64,000 nucleotides of DNA from assembly GCA_963666285.1 (NCBI GenBank), contig OY762711.1. The stretch is one strand, 5' to 3'. The stretch is from Sedimentisphaerales bacterium (GTDB taxonomy: Bacteria > Planctomycetota > Phycisphaerae > Sedimentisphaerales > SM23-30). Made by a program: the position numbers and the translations under genes. The notes under the pieces are model-generated. The model saw only the letters and a list, made by a program, of their open reading frames with translations. It ran no database searches and was not told where the DNA came from. Positions within the stretch are counted from its first letter, which is position 1. Each line of letters begins with the position of its first letter. Shown in pieces: positions 44,653 through 55,175 of this stretch.

Positions 44653-46605
44653 TTAGCCTACCTTCACAGCATTAAACTTACAAACATCTATACAAGTTCC
44701 GCATGCGATACATTTATCCATATTGATAACGTGCGGCTCTTTTACACTGCCTTCGATAGCACCAACAGGACACTTCTTGGCACATATTGTACAGCCTTTA
44801 CATTCTTCTGCTGAAATCTCATAGGTCAACAGGCTCTTGCATGCGCCCGCCGGACACTTACGGTCATAGATGTGGGCTTCATATTCGTCACGGAACCAGC
44901 GTAGGGTACTCAGGATCGGGTTAGGGGCTGTCTGGCCCAGACCGCATAGGGAGGTATCCTTGATTACTTCCGCCAAACGTTCGATATACATTATTCCCTT
45001 GAAGCGGGCTAGTGTTTCTTCGTCTGTTGACTCGCTGCCGCGATTGTGAGTGATTCGCTCCAAAATCTCCAGCATACGGCGTGTTCCTTCACGACAAGGT
45101 ATACACTTTCCACAGCTTTCACGCTGGATAAAGTCCATAAAGAACTTCGCTACGTCTACCATACAGGTATCTTCGTCCATAACTACCAGGCCGCCGGAAC
45201 CCATCATAGCTCCAACAGTCTTTAGTGATTCATAATCGATCTCGATATCGAGATGCTGGGTCGGGATACATCCGCCTGACGGGCCGCCGATCTGAACGCC
45301 TTTGAACTGACGATCGTTCTGGATACCGCCGCCGATATTAAAGATAATATCACGGAGTGCTGTTCCCATTGGTACTTCTACCAGACCGGTACGATTGATC
45401 TTGCCGGAAAGGGCAAATACCTTGGTTCCCTTACTGTTATCTGTACCGATACTCGCAAACCAGTTAGCTCCTTTGTTGATGATATTTGCCAGGTTGGCAA
45501 ATGTTTCAACATTGTTTACTACGGTTGGTTTGCCAAACAGACCGGAGATCGCCGGGAACGGTGGTCTTGGTCTTGGCATGCCGCGCTTACCTTCGATACT
45601 ATGGATCAGGGCTGTTTCTTCACCACAGACAAAAGCTCCGGCACCTTTCTTGATTACTATCTCAAGGTCGAAGCCGGTGCCCATAATGTTCTTACCCAGC
45701 AGTCCCCAGGCATGAGCCTGTTTGATTGCTTCTTCAAAACGCTCGATTGCCAGCGGGTATTCAGCTCTCAGGTAGCAGTATGCCTTGGTTGCTCCAATTG
45801 CATAAGCACCGATTGCCATACCTTCCAGTAGCTTGTGTGGGTCGCCTTCGATTACCGCACGGTCCATAAATGCACCCGGGTCTCCTTCATCAGCATTACA
45901 TACCATATATTTCTGACTGGCTTCTGCGTTTAGGGCAAATTTCCATTTCTGGCCGGTCGGGAATCCGCCGCCGCCGCGACCGCGTAGACCGCTCTTTAAT
46001 ACCTCTTCGCAAACGTCGGCTCTTTCCATCTTCAATACTTTGGCAAACGCCTGGTAGCCGCCGCCTGCTATATATTCATCAATACGAGTAGGGTCGATAG
46101 AACCACAGTTCGCCAGTACCAGTCTCTGCTGCATCGCCATGAACGGATGTTCGTCAACGTATGGCATACCGGCATAAGATTCCTGGGAATCGTCACGCAC
46201 TTGGCCAAAAACTGTTTCAGCCGGGATATTACCGCTCATGCACCCGTCCATAATCGCTTCTACTGTGTCAGCAGTAGCTTTCTGGAAGGTTACACGGGTT
46301 TTGCCCGGCATTTGTACTTCTATGGTTGGCTCTACCGCACAAAGACCTACACAGCCGACTTCAATTACGTCTGCGTCGATCTTTTTTCCTTCCAGGTAGC
46401 TGTTAATTTTGGTTAGGGTTGCTCCTGCTCCCGCTGCCAGGCCGCAGGTTCCGGTACCTACAAGTATTGTTGGTTTGGTTACCTTCTTACGCGTCAGGGC
46501 GGCAATTTCATCTGCCAAACCGGCATTGTCACCGTTAATGGTCGCCAGTAGTTTATCGTTTACCTTATCCAGTCCGTGGCGGCATTTTGTATCTTTTGCT
46601 ATCAT
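44653..46605 (-). CDS. hydB: NuoF-like FMN/NADH subunit (HydB/HndC) with N-terminal thioredoxin-like 2Fe-2S and C-terminal 2x[4Fe-4S]
   Basis: GLRGRGGGGFPTG, CNADEGDPGAFMD, GAGAFVCGEET, GGPSGG, ESCGKCIPCREG, CKGCTICAKKC/CIACGTCIDVC. The start at 46605 overlaps the hydC stop (TAATG). Confidence 0.95.
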   Translation of the reverse strand: MIAKDTKCRHGLDKVNDKLLATINGDNAGLADEIAALTRKKVTKPTILVGTGTCGLAAGAGATLTKINSYLEGKKIDADVIEVGCVGLCAVEPTIEVQMPGKTRVTFQKATADTVEAIMDGCMSGNIPAETVFGQVRDDSQESYAGMPYVDEHPFMAMQQRLVLANCGSIDPTRIDEYIAGGGYQAFAKVLKMERADVCEEVLKSGLRGRGGGGFPTGQKWKFALNAEASQKYMVCNADEGDPGAFMDRAVIEGDPHKLLEGMAIGAYAIGATKAYCYLRAEYPLAIERFEEAIKQAHAWGLLGKNIMGTGFDLEIVIKKGAGAFVCGEETALIHSIEGKRGMPRPRPPFPAISGLFGKPTVVNNVETFANLANIINKGANWFASIGTDNSKGTKVFALSGKINRTGLVEVPMGTALRDIIFNIGGGIQNDRQFKGVQIGGPSGGCIPTQHLDIEIDYESLKTVGAMMGSGGLVVMDEDTCMVDVAKFFMDFIQRESCGKCIPCREGTRRMLEILERITHNRGSESTDEETLARFKGIMYIERLAEVIKDTSLCGLGQTAPNPILSTLRWFRDEYEAHIYDRKCPAGACKSLLTYEISAEECKGCTICAKKCPVGAIEGSVKEPHVINMDKCIACGTCIDVCKFNAVKVG

Positions 46606-47072
46606 TACGCACTTTCCTTTCCGCGATATCCCGCAATGACCTCTTTTACTTTTGTACTGTCCATTGCTGCGTAAAATTCTCCATTGATGCTTATTACTGG
46701 TGCCAGGCCGCACGCTCCGATACAAGCTACAACTTCGATTGAGAATAATCCGTCTGCTGAGGTCTTACCTGCTCCGCAGCCGCATTCTTTCTCTAATGCT
46801 TCCAATACGCTTAGCGACCCTTTTACATGACACGCTGTTCCGCGGCATACCTGGATATGGAACTTACCTTGCGCTTCGAAGGTAAACTGGTTGTAGAATG
46901 TAGCAACACCAAAAATCTTGCTCGCCGGCAAATTCAGGTGCTCTCCCACGGCGATGACCGCTTCTCTTGACAGGTAACCGTCCAGTTCCTGGATATCCTG
47001 AAGGATAGGGATTAAGCTGTCCCTGCCTGCATTCGGATACTGTTTCAACACTTCATTTACTTGTGTACTCAC
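46605..47072 (-). CDS. hydC: NuoE-like 2Fe-2S subunit (HydC/HndA)
   Basis: LIPILQDIQ, GVATFY, VCRGTACHVKG, VACIGACGLAP. Confidence 0.95.
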   Translation of the reverse strand: MSTQVNEVLKQYPNAGRDSLIPILQDIQELDGYLSREAVIAVGEHLNLPASKIFGVATFYNQFTFEAQGKFHIQVCRGTACHVKGSLSVLEALEKECGCGAGKTSADGLFSIEVVACIGACGLAPVISINGEFYAAMDSTKVKEVIAGYRGKESA

Positions 47073-47195
47073 TTGATGAACCTTTCTTTAAGCTATTTGA
47101 ATGTTATTCAAAAACATTTACTTCTATTTTTCTTCGCCCTCAGACGATTTTTATTAGCTGTTGTGTTCGCAGCAATCTTCCCTAATACCTAGGCC

Positions 47196-47843
47196 CTAAT
47201 ACCTAATACCTTCTTTGCCTCGGGCAAAATAGTGTACTTTCTCGAGTGCTATCCCCAAATTGATGTTCTCTACATAAACATCGCCTGGCACCTTTAGTTG
47301 TACCGGGGCAAAATTCATGATACCTTTGATATTACTCTCTATGAGCTTGTCGGCTACGCTCTGTGCTGCGGTTTCGGGAACCGCCAGGATAGCCGAAGTT
47401 ATATTGTATTGCTTTGTTCTTTCGGAAAGTTCGTTCAGATTGTAACATCTGCACCCATAAAAAACATTGCCCACCTTATCTCTATCTTCGTCAAAACAGG
47501 CGGTAACATTAATATTAAAATTCTCTCGACCGATATAAGACAGGATTGCACGTCCGATATTACCTATTCCGATAATTGACGTTGTCCCTTTGCAGTTGCC
47601 GTATAGAAATCTGGTTATACTTTCCTGTAGACCGGAAATGTCATATCCTTTTGATGGACTACCCGCATAACCAACCTCCATGATATCCCTTCGCAGCTGT
47701 GCAGCTGACACGCCCGCACGCTCTGCTAGCTCATGCGAGAATATACTGCTTATTCCGCTGCTTTCCAGCTCCGCCAGCACGCGTCTGTACAGGCATAACC
47801 TGGCAACTATCTTTTCTGATATCATTTCTGGCATAATTATCAC
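47196..47843 (-). CDS. rex: Redox-sensing transcriptional repressor Rex
   Basis: RLCLYRRVL, SHELAE..GVSAAQLRRD, G.P.KGYDI, Rossmann GIGNIG, GIMNFAPV. Confidence 0.9.
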   Translation of the reverse strand: MIIMPEMISEKIVARLCLYRRVLAELESSGISSIFSHELAERAGVSAAQLRRDIMEVGYAGSPSKGYDISGLQESITRFLYGNCKGTTSIIGIGNIGRAILSYIGRENFNINVTACFDEDRDKVGNVFYGCRCYNLNELSERTKQYNITSAILAVPETAAQSVADKLIESNIKGIMNFAPVQLKVPGDVYVENINLGIALEKVHYFARGKEGIRY

Positions 47844-48083
47844 ACTTACAATATTTTTTCGCCGTTAGGCGGAAATATCAGTTGTGAGTGTTAGCGAACA
47901 CTATAGCTCTTCACGTTTTACTGATAATATTGTGTTAGGGCGGGTTCTACCTTTTCTCTTCCTGATTTTTGCTGTTGCTAAATTATACCCTTGTTCGTTG
48001 TTTCCCCAGCAGGGGTATATTAGCCTTCGCCATCAGGCGATAAAATCATAGGTCGCATCGGCGACATCACAACTATTATTGGC

Positions 48084-48135
48084 TTGTTATTAAAATAACA
48101 TTGTTATTTCAGTAACACTGTTATTTTTTTCACAA
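48084..48135. promoter_or_regulatory. Three abutting Rex-type operators
   Basis: TTGTTATTAAAATAACAT (48084-48101), TTGTTATTTCAGTAACAC (48101-48118), CTGTTATTTTTTTCACAA (48118-48135). Each resembles the Rex box TTGTGAA-N4-TTCACAA. Confidence 0.75.
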
Positions 48136-48145
48136 CCAAGTCGCT

Positions 48146-48174
48146 ATTCTATACCTTTAATATCAATTAGTCAA
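48146..48174 (-). promoter_or_regulatory. Sigma70 promoter of the rex-hydCBA operon
   Basis: On the minus strand, TTGACT (48174-48169) - 17 nt - TAGAAT (48151-48146), immediately upstream of the Rex boxes. Confidence 0.7.
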
Positions 48175-48572
48175 GTAAATATCCGATAAAATTGTATCAA
48201 ATATACAGAAAATACTAAATATAGCTATATTAATAGCAGAAAAGTGCCATAAATTCAATTTAAAAGACCTCGCAACAAACCTGCCAGGCCTTATTTCTCT
48301 CGTTTTTATTGTCAAAAAACCACCAAAAAAAAGATAGAATTGATCATTAATTCTGGCGAATAGCACCAATTATTAGAACAATTATCCTCATAACCAGTGT
48401 TATGCTGGATAGTACCAGGCCTGTTTTTGACATTTTATTGGGCCATCCGCCGCCTTTCTTCGTTCCGGTATATGCCGATACTGCTATAATAAATCCAATT
48501 TTCGGGAATATTGAACATGGAATTCGCCTAATACCAATTATATGTCTCAAATTGTCCACAGATCAGTTTGAG

Positions 48573-49043
48573 TTAGTTATCAAGGTCACTTATTGATTCA
48601 CCCATTTTTTTCTTATTCGATAGGTCAAAGGCGTATATTATACTTTTATTTTCACCGGCTCCAAATATATTTGGGAATACACGCTTTATTTTATAATAGA
48701 GTACTTTTCTATCGCCGGAAATACGGATGTCGACTATCTGGGAGTAATCCGAATATTTCCATAGAATTAATGGTATGGGGTCAAGTGGATATTGTAAGGT
48801 TATAGTAGCGGGGCTATTGTCATTCGTTCCGGCATTCAATATTACTGTTTTTCCCTCTAACTGTATTTCGTGACTCCATTCCAGGGCCTGGTATTTTCTT
48901 CCACCTGTTTTTTCTGCTGATAATGGTATGGAATTATTGTAACCATTGATTATATGGCTATTGGCTTGATTGCTGCAACTGCATCCCGACATCCAGAATA
49001 TCATAAGGCTAATGCTTAATAATCTTGCATATAGTTTATTCAT
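48573..49043 (-). CDS. Hypothetical lipoprotein
   Basis: Signal with lipobox MSGC; 156 aa. Confidence 0.6.
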   Translation of the reverse strand: MNKLYARLLSISLMIFWMSGCSCSNQANSHIINGYNNSIPLSAEKTGGRKYQALEWSHEIQLEGKTVILNAGTNDNSPATITLQYPLDPIPLILWKYSDYSQIVDIRISGDRKVLYYKIKRVFPNIFGAGENKSIIYAFDLSNKKKMGESISDLDN

Positions 49044-49331
49044 ATTTAATTTTCCATCATTATGAGTATGAAATAGCTAGCCTGAAATTACATCCAATCA
49101 TTTATAGTTTATTTTGTCCATAATGTCCATGATGTTTGTCATTTACAGGCTATATATTGCCAGTGGGCTTAACTGGTACCTTGTTTCCTGATATATTGTT
49201 TGCTATAATGCATTCACAGATGGCGAGAATCTCTGCTTTCTGATGTGTTTTTACAATTGAGTATTTTTTGATTGAAAGTGACCAATTGGTCTCTTCGTAT
49301 TGATGTAATAAATTTTAAGGCAAATACTGTT

Positions 49332-50750
49332 ATGAAAAAATTAACCTTAAACAAAGTAATTGCGATAATTCTTTTATTAATTGCCATTATTGTTATTTTC
49401 CCATTTGTTTATGGCCCGGACGGCACTGAAATTATCCAAAAGGCTCGTGATGCCGGCATACTAATCGACCAGACCCGGCTTGAAGCCATGTATCTGACTG
49501 CTGCTTCTGCTACTGACAACGCTGCCCCCGAACTTGAGCTATTGTTTGAGGAATTTGTTGAATGGTGCGATTTCTTCGATAATTGTTCTCTGGATGGTTC
49601 ATATCAGTTCCAATATACACCCGGAACCGAACAGCTCGCCGAGGAGGCTCGCTCTTATCGCAGATATCCTGAACCGGCCTTTAATATCTCCGGCATATCT
49701 GCCCAGGAACTGGCTAATCTGGATTATTATATATCCGCTCAGAAAGATCGGTTCGAAAAAATCAACCCGATCATTGATCGCTGTGGCAATTTCTATTATG
49801 AGGACTGGACCGACTGGACAGAAGGCCTTTCCGGGCTCGGTCTGCTGAAAGCTGTTGCTAGACTCGAAAATAAACAGAGCAGCTATTATAGTAATAACAA
49901 TCAACCCGAAGAGGCTATCAAATGTATCGAAAGATTGTATAAAATCGCTGACTTCGCCTCTGGCACAAATGAACAAATGGGGCAGCTGGTTAGTTCCGGC
50001 GTTTACGGCCTTGCCCAGTATTCCGCTATCGAACAGATTGCTCTGCATCCCGATAGCAAAACATTATCTGCTCTCGAAAAGATAATGCCTCAGTTTAACG
50101 TAAAAGACAAAAGCATAAAATCACTGACTATTACTGAAACAGCTATGTACGAAATTGATTTATTTGGTTTAGATAGCTTGATGGAGTGGACTCACAATAT
50201 TAAATATGTCAAATATAGCAACGCCAATAACTATCTTGAGTTTCTCATCGATTTTAAAACCGAATTTGAAGCCAGGGATATAGATCACTATTCCACTATA
50301 TATGAAGACTTGCGGAATAAGCATCTACCCGGCGAACAAGGTCTGATTACTAGACTTTTGAATAGAAAAGTATACAATAGATATCCGAGCGATGCTAGAA
50401 TGATTGAAATATTCCTTCGCGTCGAAAATATCAGTAGAATCATTCAGATTGCCATTGCCCAGGAAAAATATCTCCGATCCAATAACAGCTTTGCCTCGGA
50501 CCTTTCAACTCTTAAAGCTGATTTCCCGGACCTCGATCTTATCGACCTGCTCGCCCAAAAGCAGGGTAGTTCCTTCGGCTATGAACTCATCACCGATCCC
50601 GATGGCCGCCAGGGCTTTATCGTCTCTTCTGACTTTCTCGATGAACTTGATCCCAAAACCGATACCGACCCGCTCGAAGATGCCCGAGGCAGCCTCGGCT
50701 CATTCTGGAGCGGCGGACCATATCGCTTCGTACTGAAAATCATAAGGTAA
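49332..50750 (+). CDS. Hypothetical membrane-anchored helical protein
   Basis: N-terminal TM after MKKLTLNK; patterns DNAA, QLVS.G and IAIAQEKY....P/SDL..L recall planctomycete hypothetical proteins (by eye). Confidence 0.65.
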   Translation: MKKLTLNKVIAIILLLIAIIVIFPFVYGPDGTEIIQKARDAGILIDQTRLEAMYLTAASATDNAAPELELLFEEFVEWCDFFDNCSLDGSYQFQYTPGTEQLAEEARSYRRYPEPAFNISGISAQELANLDYYISAQKDRFEKINPIIDRCGNFYYEDWTDWTEGLSGLGLLKAVARLENKQSSYYSNNNQPEEAIKCIERLYKIADFASGTNEQMGQLVSSGVYGLAQYSAIEQIALHPDSKTLSALEKIMPQFNVKDKSIKSLTITETAMYEIDLFGLDSLMEWTHNIKYVKYSNANNYLEFLIDFKTEFEARDIDHYSTIYEDLRNKHLPGEQGLITRLLNRKVYNRYPSDARMIEIFLRVENISRIIQIAIAQEKYLRSNNSFASDLSTLKADFPDLDLIDLLAQKQGSSFGYELITDPDGRQGFIVSSDFLDELDPKTDTDPLEDARGSLGSFWSGGPYRFVLKIIR

Positions 50751-51081
50751 AACGTTTGATTTTACCCCGGCTTTTTATTCTCCGGACCACATCTCTAATG
50801 TATATAAATAGCTGCGGCCCAAACTCTGAAAAGATATTTGGGCCGAGCATTTGATTGTGGTATATACCTGTTTACTTTCGCACTTTTCAAGTTGCAATAA
50901 ACGCCTAAAAGGGCCTTCCTATTGCAGTCTGGATTAAATATACTTTCGAGAATTAGCTCGGAAATACAATTAAATGTAAAGTTTTTCATTCACAAGGCCC
51001 TGTTCCGGACTTTGCGAGTAATGTTGAACAGTCAAAAGTACGAAAGCGTACTACCTGATACTGCTTACGCAGTGTGGAATA

Positions 51082-53859
51082 TTATGGGGCACTTACATTA
51101 GTTGCGATACTGGTGGTTGTAAATGATGTCGTCAACGTACCCGGTGAATACGTTCCACCTGTGTACAAACCATCGGTGTTGGTTCCGGTTGAGCTGCCGC
51201 CGTTATACAGTTTGTAGGTTGTGCCAGATACCAGGTCAGGTGACGAAAAGACACATGACTTATAAGCTTTAGCTGGTGTAAAGGTCAGAACCTCTGTTCC
51301 GGCTGATGTCTCGATATGTATCAGGCTGCCGGCAGATTTCCAGGAATTATAGGTAATCTTTATAGAACGCTGTGTTGATGTTGTACTCAGCGACTGTGCC
51401 ATCTGCGAACTGCCTACTCCTACAAGTATACCGCCGCTTATATTACAGCTGCCGTCAAAGTCCACCGCATTATTATTATCTGCTGTCGGGCCGTTAACCA
51501 GGGTTGTACCACCTGTTATCACGATTGAACCGTTAGCATCAAGCCCGTCTCCCGCAGCATTCACTACGATATTGCCGCCATTTATATATAGGAAGTAATT
51601 ACCGGTATCGCCGCCTGGAGGAATGCCGCCGCCGGGACGATGCCATGGATCGTCACCGCCGCTGCTGTCGTTTCCACCGGCAACGTTAAGCCCGTCATCG
51701 CTGGCCGTAACATGTATATTACCGTCATTGATAGTGACAATCGCAGCCTCGATACCTTCATAGCTGTTTGTAACCGTTATTGTTCCGCCGTTTATATCGA
51801 TAGTACTGTCGGCATGAATACCGTCATCGCCGGAAGCTATCTCAAATGTCCCGCCGTTGATTGTTATTCCCTCGTTCGTATGAATTGCATCATCAGCACA
51901 GCTCATAGCAAACGTTCCGCCGTCAATTGTCACGCCAACCGCTGCTTTTATTCCCTTAGCAGAAAGGTCATCTGAAATATTTGCATTATAACCACCGCCG
52001 GAGGTTATATCAAACACGCCGCCGCTGATAGCGACAGTATTATCTGCTGTTATAGCGTCCTCATCAGAGACTACAGTTATATCTCCGTCAGAGATTGTAA
52101 TATCAGCACTTTCGATTCCTTCATAGCTGTCTGTTATATTAACTGCACCGCCTTCGATTTCGATTGTCAGGTCCGCGTGGATACCGTCGCCGCCTGAGGC
52201 AACAACAGTTGTTCCGCCGCTGATTGTCACGGCATTATCAGAATGCAGCCCGTCATCAGCACAGTTAAGGTTAATTGTCCCGCCTTCGATTTCAACGCTT
52301 ACCAGGCCTTTAATTCCTTTTGCTGACAGATCATATGAAATCGTTGCATTATGACCGCCGCCTGATACAATTGTTATATCTCCTCCCTCTACGGTTACCT
52401 CTGATTCTGCTGCAATACCGTCTCCACCGGATGTAATATCCAGCGTGCCGCTCTGAATTGTAATATAGCCCCAGTTAGGGTCTTCATTGTCTGATACCAG
52501 CCCGTCACCTTCAGTTACCAGGGTAAAGTTACCATCCTTGATCAGCAGGTTGTCCTTGCCGCGAATACCGTCATCTACTGACGTAATGTTAAGTGTACCG
52601 CTATAAACTACCAGCTTATCTTTACATACGATTGCATCGTTGTAGTTTCCTTGAACGTTAAGTGTTCCGCTGCCGGAGATTGCCATCGAATCATCGCTGA
52701 ACAAACAGCCGCTCGGCTCGTTTACTGTCGGATCGTCATATACATATTCCGAAGCATCAAACAGATAGTTCTGTGTCTGATCGGCAAGTACTATTGAGGT
52801 AAACGATGCGTCAACCACATAGATCGGGGCGCTCGTAGAGTTGCTTATATTGACACCGTCCAAAATAATTTCCACCAGTCCGTTTGTCGGTGAATTTACG
52901 ACCAGCTGACCGTTGGTTAGTGTACCGCTCACATTGTAGCTGCCGTCCGTTGTTATTGTGGCGGTGGTCCCGTCAACTGTTACGCCGGTTCCTTCTACTG
53001 TAATAGAATCTCCATTCAGGATAATCTGTGTTGTGCCGGCTTCCTCAATACTGCGTCCGCAATACACATCTGCCGCATTACCTTCACCGCTGTAGCAGCT
53101 GGCAAATACGCCGAAATCCAACAGGTCTACATCATAATCCTGGTCGGCATCAACCGGGATAAGACCGTATTCATCCAGAGTCAGACCGCTGCCGGTTGGT
53201 AGCGGATCATAAGATATTCCCTCTCCGGTAAAACAGGTAACAAACGTTACCAGGTCGCTCAGGCCGACATCACCATCCATATCATAATCGCTCAAGGCAT
53301 AACCGACTATCCGGCCCGGGCTTGCAATATCGCCTCCGGTTGACATACGCGAACCATACGCATCTGCAACTGTGGCCAGTATCCAACTCATCTGGGCCAG
53401 TGTTTCACTATAGTCTGCTTCCGGTATATTACAGCTTGCATTTTGGGTGCGAGGTGTGCCGGGGTTGTCCTCGTCGCCAAAGGTCAACTCATCCACCAGG
53501 TTATAGACAGAATCATAAAGATTAATCTGGTCGTTTCGGCCCAGGCTTGTTGCTGCCTCGCCTATTATGGTTACATCAGTCAGTCCCCAGGCTGTGGCAA
53601 AGTCTGTTGCTACCGCTTCGGTTAAAATAACTGATTCTCCCGCTTCTACCACGCCGAAAGCACTCAGGTCAACCGTTCCCGGCACCTGGCTCTTATCGTC
53701 GTAACTCCACCCGGTCATATCTACCGGGTCTGTCCCTACATTGGTAAATTCAATAAATTCGCCATCTGTCCCGCTGTACATCCACTCGGTAATCACCATT
53801 TGTCCCGAGGCAAACGAGCAGAAAAACACAATCAAACCTAGCGCAAGAATGTTTCGCAT
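51082..53859 (-). CDS. Secreted protein: lamin-tail domain + dockerin/EF-hand-like motifs + Cthe_2159 (DUF4353)-type beta-helix carbohydrate-binding domain
   Basis: ITEWMY...EFIEFTN.G..PVDMTGW (LTD); DYDMDGDVGLSD and DADQDYDVDLLD; ITTDGSYNVSGTLTNGQLVV, DGIRGKD, SYEGIE, DGLDANG, DFDG repeats. Confidence 0.85.
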   Translation of the reverse strand: MRNILALGLIVFFCSFASGQMVITEWMYSGTDGEFIEFTNVGTDPVDMTGWSYDDKSQVPGTVDLSAFGVVEAGESVILTEAVATDFATAWGLTDVTIIGEAATSLGRNDQINLYDSVYNLVDELTFGDEDNPGTPRTQNASCNIPEADYSETLAQMSWILATVADAYGSRMSTGGDIASPGRIVGYALSDYDMDGDVGLSDLVTFVTCFTGEGISYDPLPTGSGLTLDEYGLIPVDADQDYDVDLLDFGVFASCYSGEGNAADVYCGRSIEEAGTTQIILNGDSITVEGTGVTVDGTTATITTDGSYNVSGTLTNGQLVVNSPTNGLVEIILDGVNISNSTSAPIYVVDASFTSIVLADQTQNYLFDASEYVYDDPTVNEPSGCLFSDDSMAISGSGTLNVQGNYNDAIVCKDKLVVYSGTLNITSVDDGIRGKDNLLIKDGNFTLVTEGDGLVSDNEDPNWGYITIQSGTLDITSGGDGIAAESEVTVEGGDITIVSGGGHNATISYDLSAKGIKGLVSVEIEGGTINLNCADDGLHSDNAVTISGGTTVVASGGDGIHADLTIEIEGGAVNITDSYEGIESADITISDGDITVVSDEDAITADNTVAISGGVFDITSGGGYNANISDDLSAKGIKAAVGVTIDGGTFAMSCADDAIHTNEGITINGGTFEIASGDDGIHADSTIDINGGTITVTNSYEGIEAAIVTINDGNIHVTASDDGLNVAGGNDSSGGDDPWHRPGGGIPPGGDTGNYFLYINGGNIVVNAAGDGLDANGSIVITGGTTLVNGPTADNNNAVDFDGSCNISGGILVGVGSSQMAQSLSTTSTQRSIKITYNSWKSAGSLIHIETSAGTEVLTFTPAKAYKSCVFSSPDLVSGTTYKLYNGGSSTGTNTDGLYTGGTYSPGTLTTSFTTTSIATNVSAP

Positions 53860-54334
53860 ATGAAACCCCTTATACTTAAAAGACCTATTCATGTATAACA
53901 CACTATCTAACAAAGCTTTATCTCTCATCTCTCTTCTTTTCCTTTACCCAAAATCTCTCTCTTTACTCATATTATCTGTTCTATGTAGAAAATATATCGA
54001 CTTTTTCCCAGAACTACTACTAAATAAACGACAGGGCAATGCCCTTTCATGTGAAAAAAATATAAATTTTTCGTTATTTATTCGCTAATCATTTCCCAGC
54101 ATATATTTGTTCTGTATTACCGGCAATATCTACCTGTGTTTTTTACTATTTTTTAAAAAAGATATTTTATGGGTTGATGTTTTCTGTCTTTAACTAATTA
54201 TAAATGTGAACGATCTGTGTAATAATCATGCGCACTTTTGCAAAAAAACTTGCATAATTTGTGCTTTACGTCTTTCTGTTTAGGTTTTTGTTTGTTTTTA
54301 GTCTTTACTCTAAGTATATATTGAAAGGTCAGTT

Positions 54335-55174
54335 ATGTGTAGTAAACAGCATTTGAAAAAGGGTTTCACGTTAATCGAGTTATTGGTTGTTATCTCCATT
54401 ATTGCGTTATTGGTGTCGATTTTGATGCCTGCATTGGGAAAAGCCAAGGATCAGGCCAAAAAAACTGTCTGCTCTTCAAACCTCCGCAGTCTAACAATGG
54501 CGATGAAATACTATTGTGATGAAAATGATGGGCACACTCCTAGCTCCACCAATACCTGGAGTGATGGTGGCGTCACCAAGGCTGGTTGGTGTGGGCTAAC
54601 CTGCGATTCTACAGGTGCTCTCTACGATCCGCAGGAGCAGGTTCACGGCTTTACTACTGATGAGTATACTGGTCTTGAAAGAGGGCAGCTTTGGAAATAT
54701 GTTGATTCCAGCGAAATGTGGCGATGTCCCGCAGATCCAAAGAAAGAGCAGCTTAGAAGCTACTGTATGAGTGCCCAATGGTGGGGTACACATACCACCA
54801 CCGGTGATATGGTCTATTATGATACTGCTACTGCCGGTCTCGTATTAGATAATATTGACAGAATTAAGAGAGCATCCGAGCGTTTCACTTTCGTTGACCA
54901 GCTTGGCATGAACCTTGACGCTTATTATGCGATCTGGTATAGTCAGACTAAATGGTGGAATATACCAAACTACAAACATAGCGGTGGGTCTGTCAACGCT
55001 TTTGCTGACGGTCACGTTGAAGGCTATAAAATGCTGAGCGAAACAGTCAAAGCTGCCGAAGATGCTTATGCTGCTGCTGCTTCTGTTACCGATTTTAAAA
55101 TGCCGCAGACTGATATGCCTAGCGTCGATCTTGAATACTATCAGCGGGCAACCTGGGGTAAACTTGGTTGGTAA
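54335..55174 (+). CDS. Prepilin-type N-terminal cleavage/methylation protein with H-X9-DG motif (DUF1559-like)
   Basis: KKGFTLIELLVVISIIALLVSILMPAL, CSSNLR, RCPAD, HSGGSVNAFADGHV. Confidence 0.92.
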   Translation: MCSKQHLKKGFTLIELLVVISIIALLVSILMPALGKAKDQAKKTVCSSNLRSLTMAMKYYCDENDGHTPSSTNTWSDGGVTKAGWCGLTCDSTGALYDPQEQVHGFTTDEYTGLERGQLWKYVDSSEMWRCPADPKKEQLRSYCMSAQWWGTHTTTGDMVYYDTATAGLVLDNIDRIKRASERFTFVDQLGMNLDAYYAIWYSQTKWWNIPNYKHSGGSVNAFADGHVEGYKMLSETVKAAEDAYAAAASVTDFKMPQTDMPSVDLEYYQRATWGKLGW

Positions 55175-55175
55175 T

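Noticed and set aside
46606..46725. N-terminal 40-aa extension of HydB in the ORF track
   Set aside because: It overlaps hydC; the TAATG-coupled ATG at 46605 is the more plausible start.
47101..47118. Additional Rex-like box before hydC (ATGTTATTCAAAAACAT)
   Set aside because: Half-site spacing is one base short of the three upstream boxes and no promoter is evident.
48347..48559. 70-aa minus-strand ORF with a hydrophobic C-terminus
   Set aside because: May be a remnant of a small membrane protein, but there is no clear RBS or family evidence.
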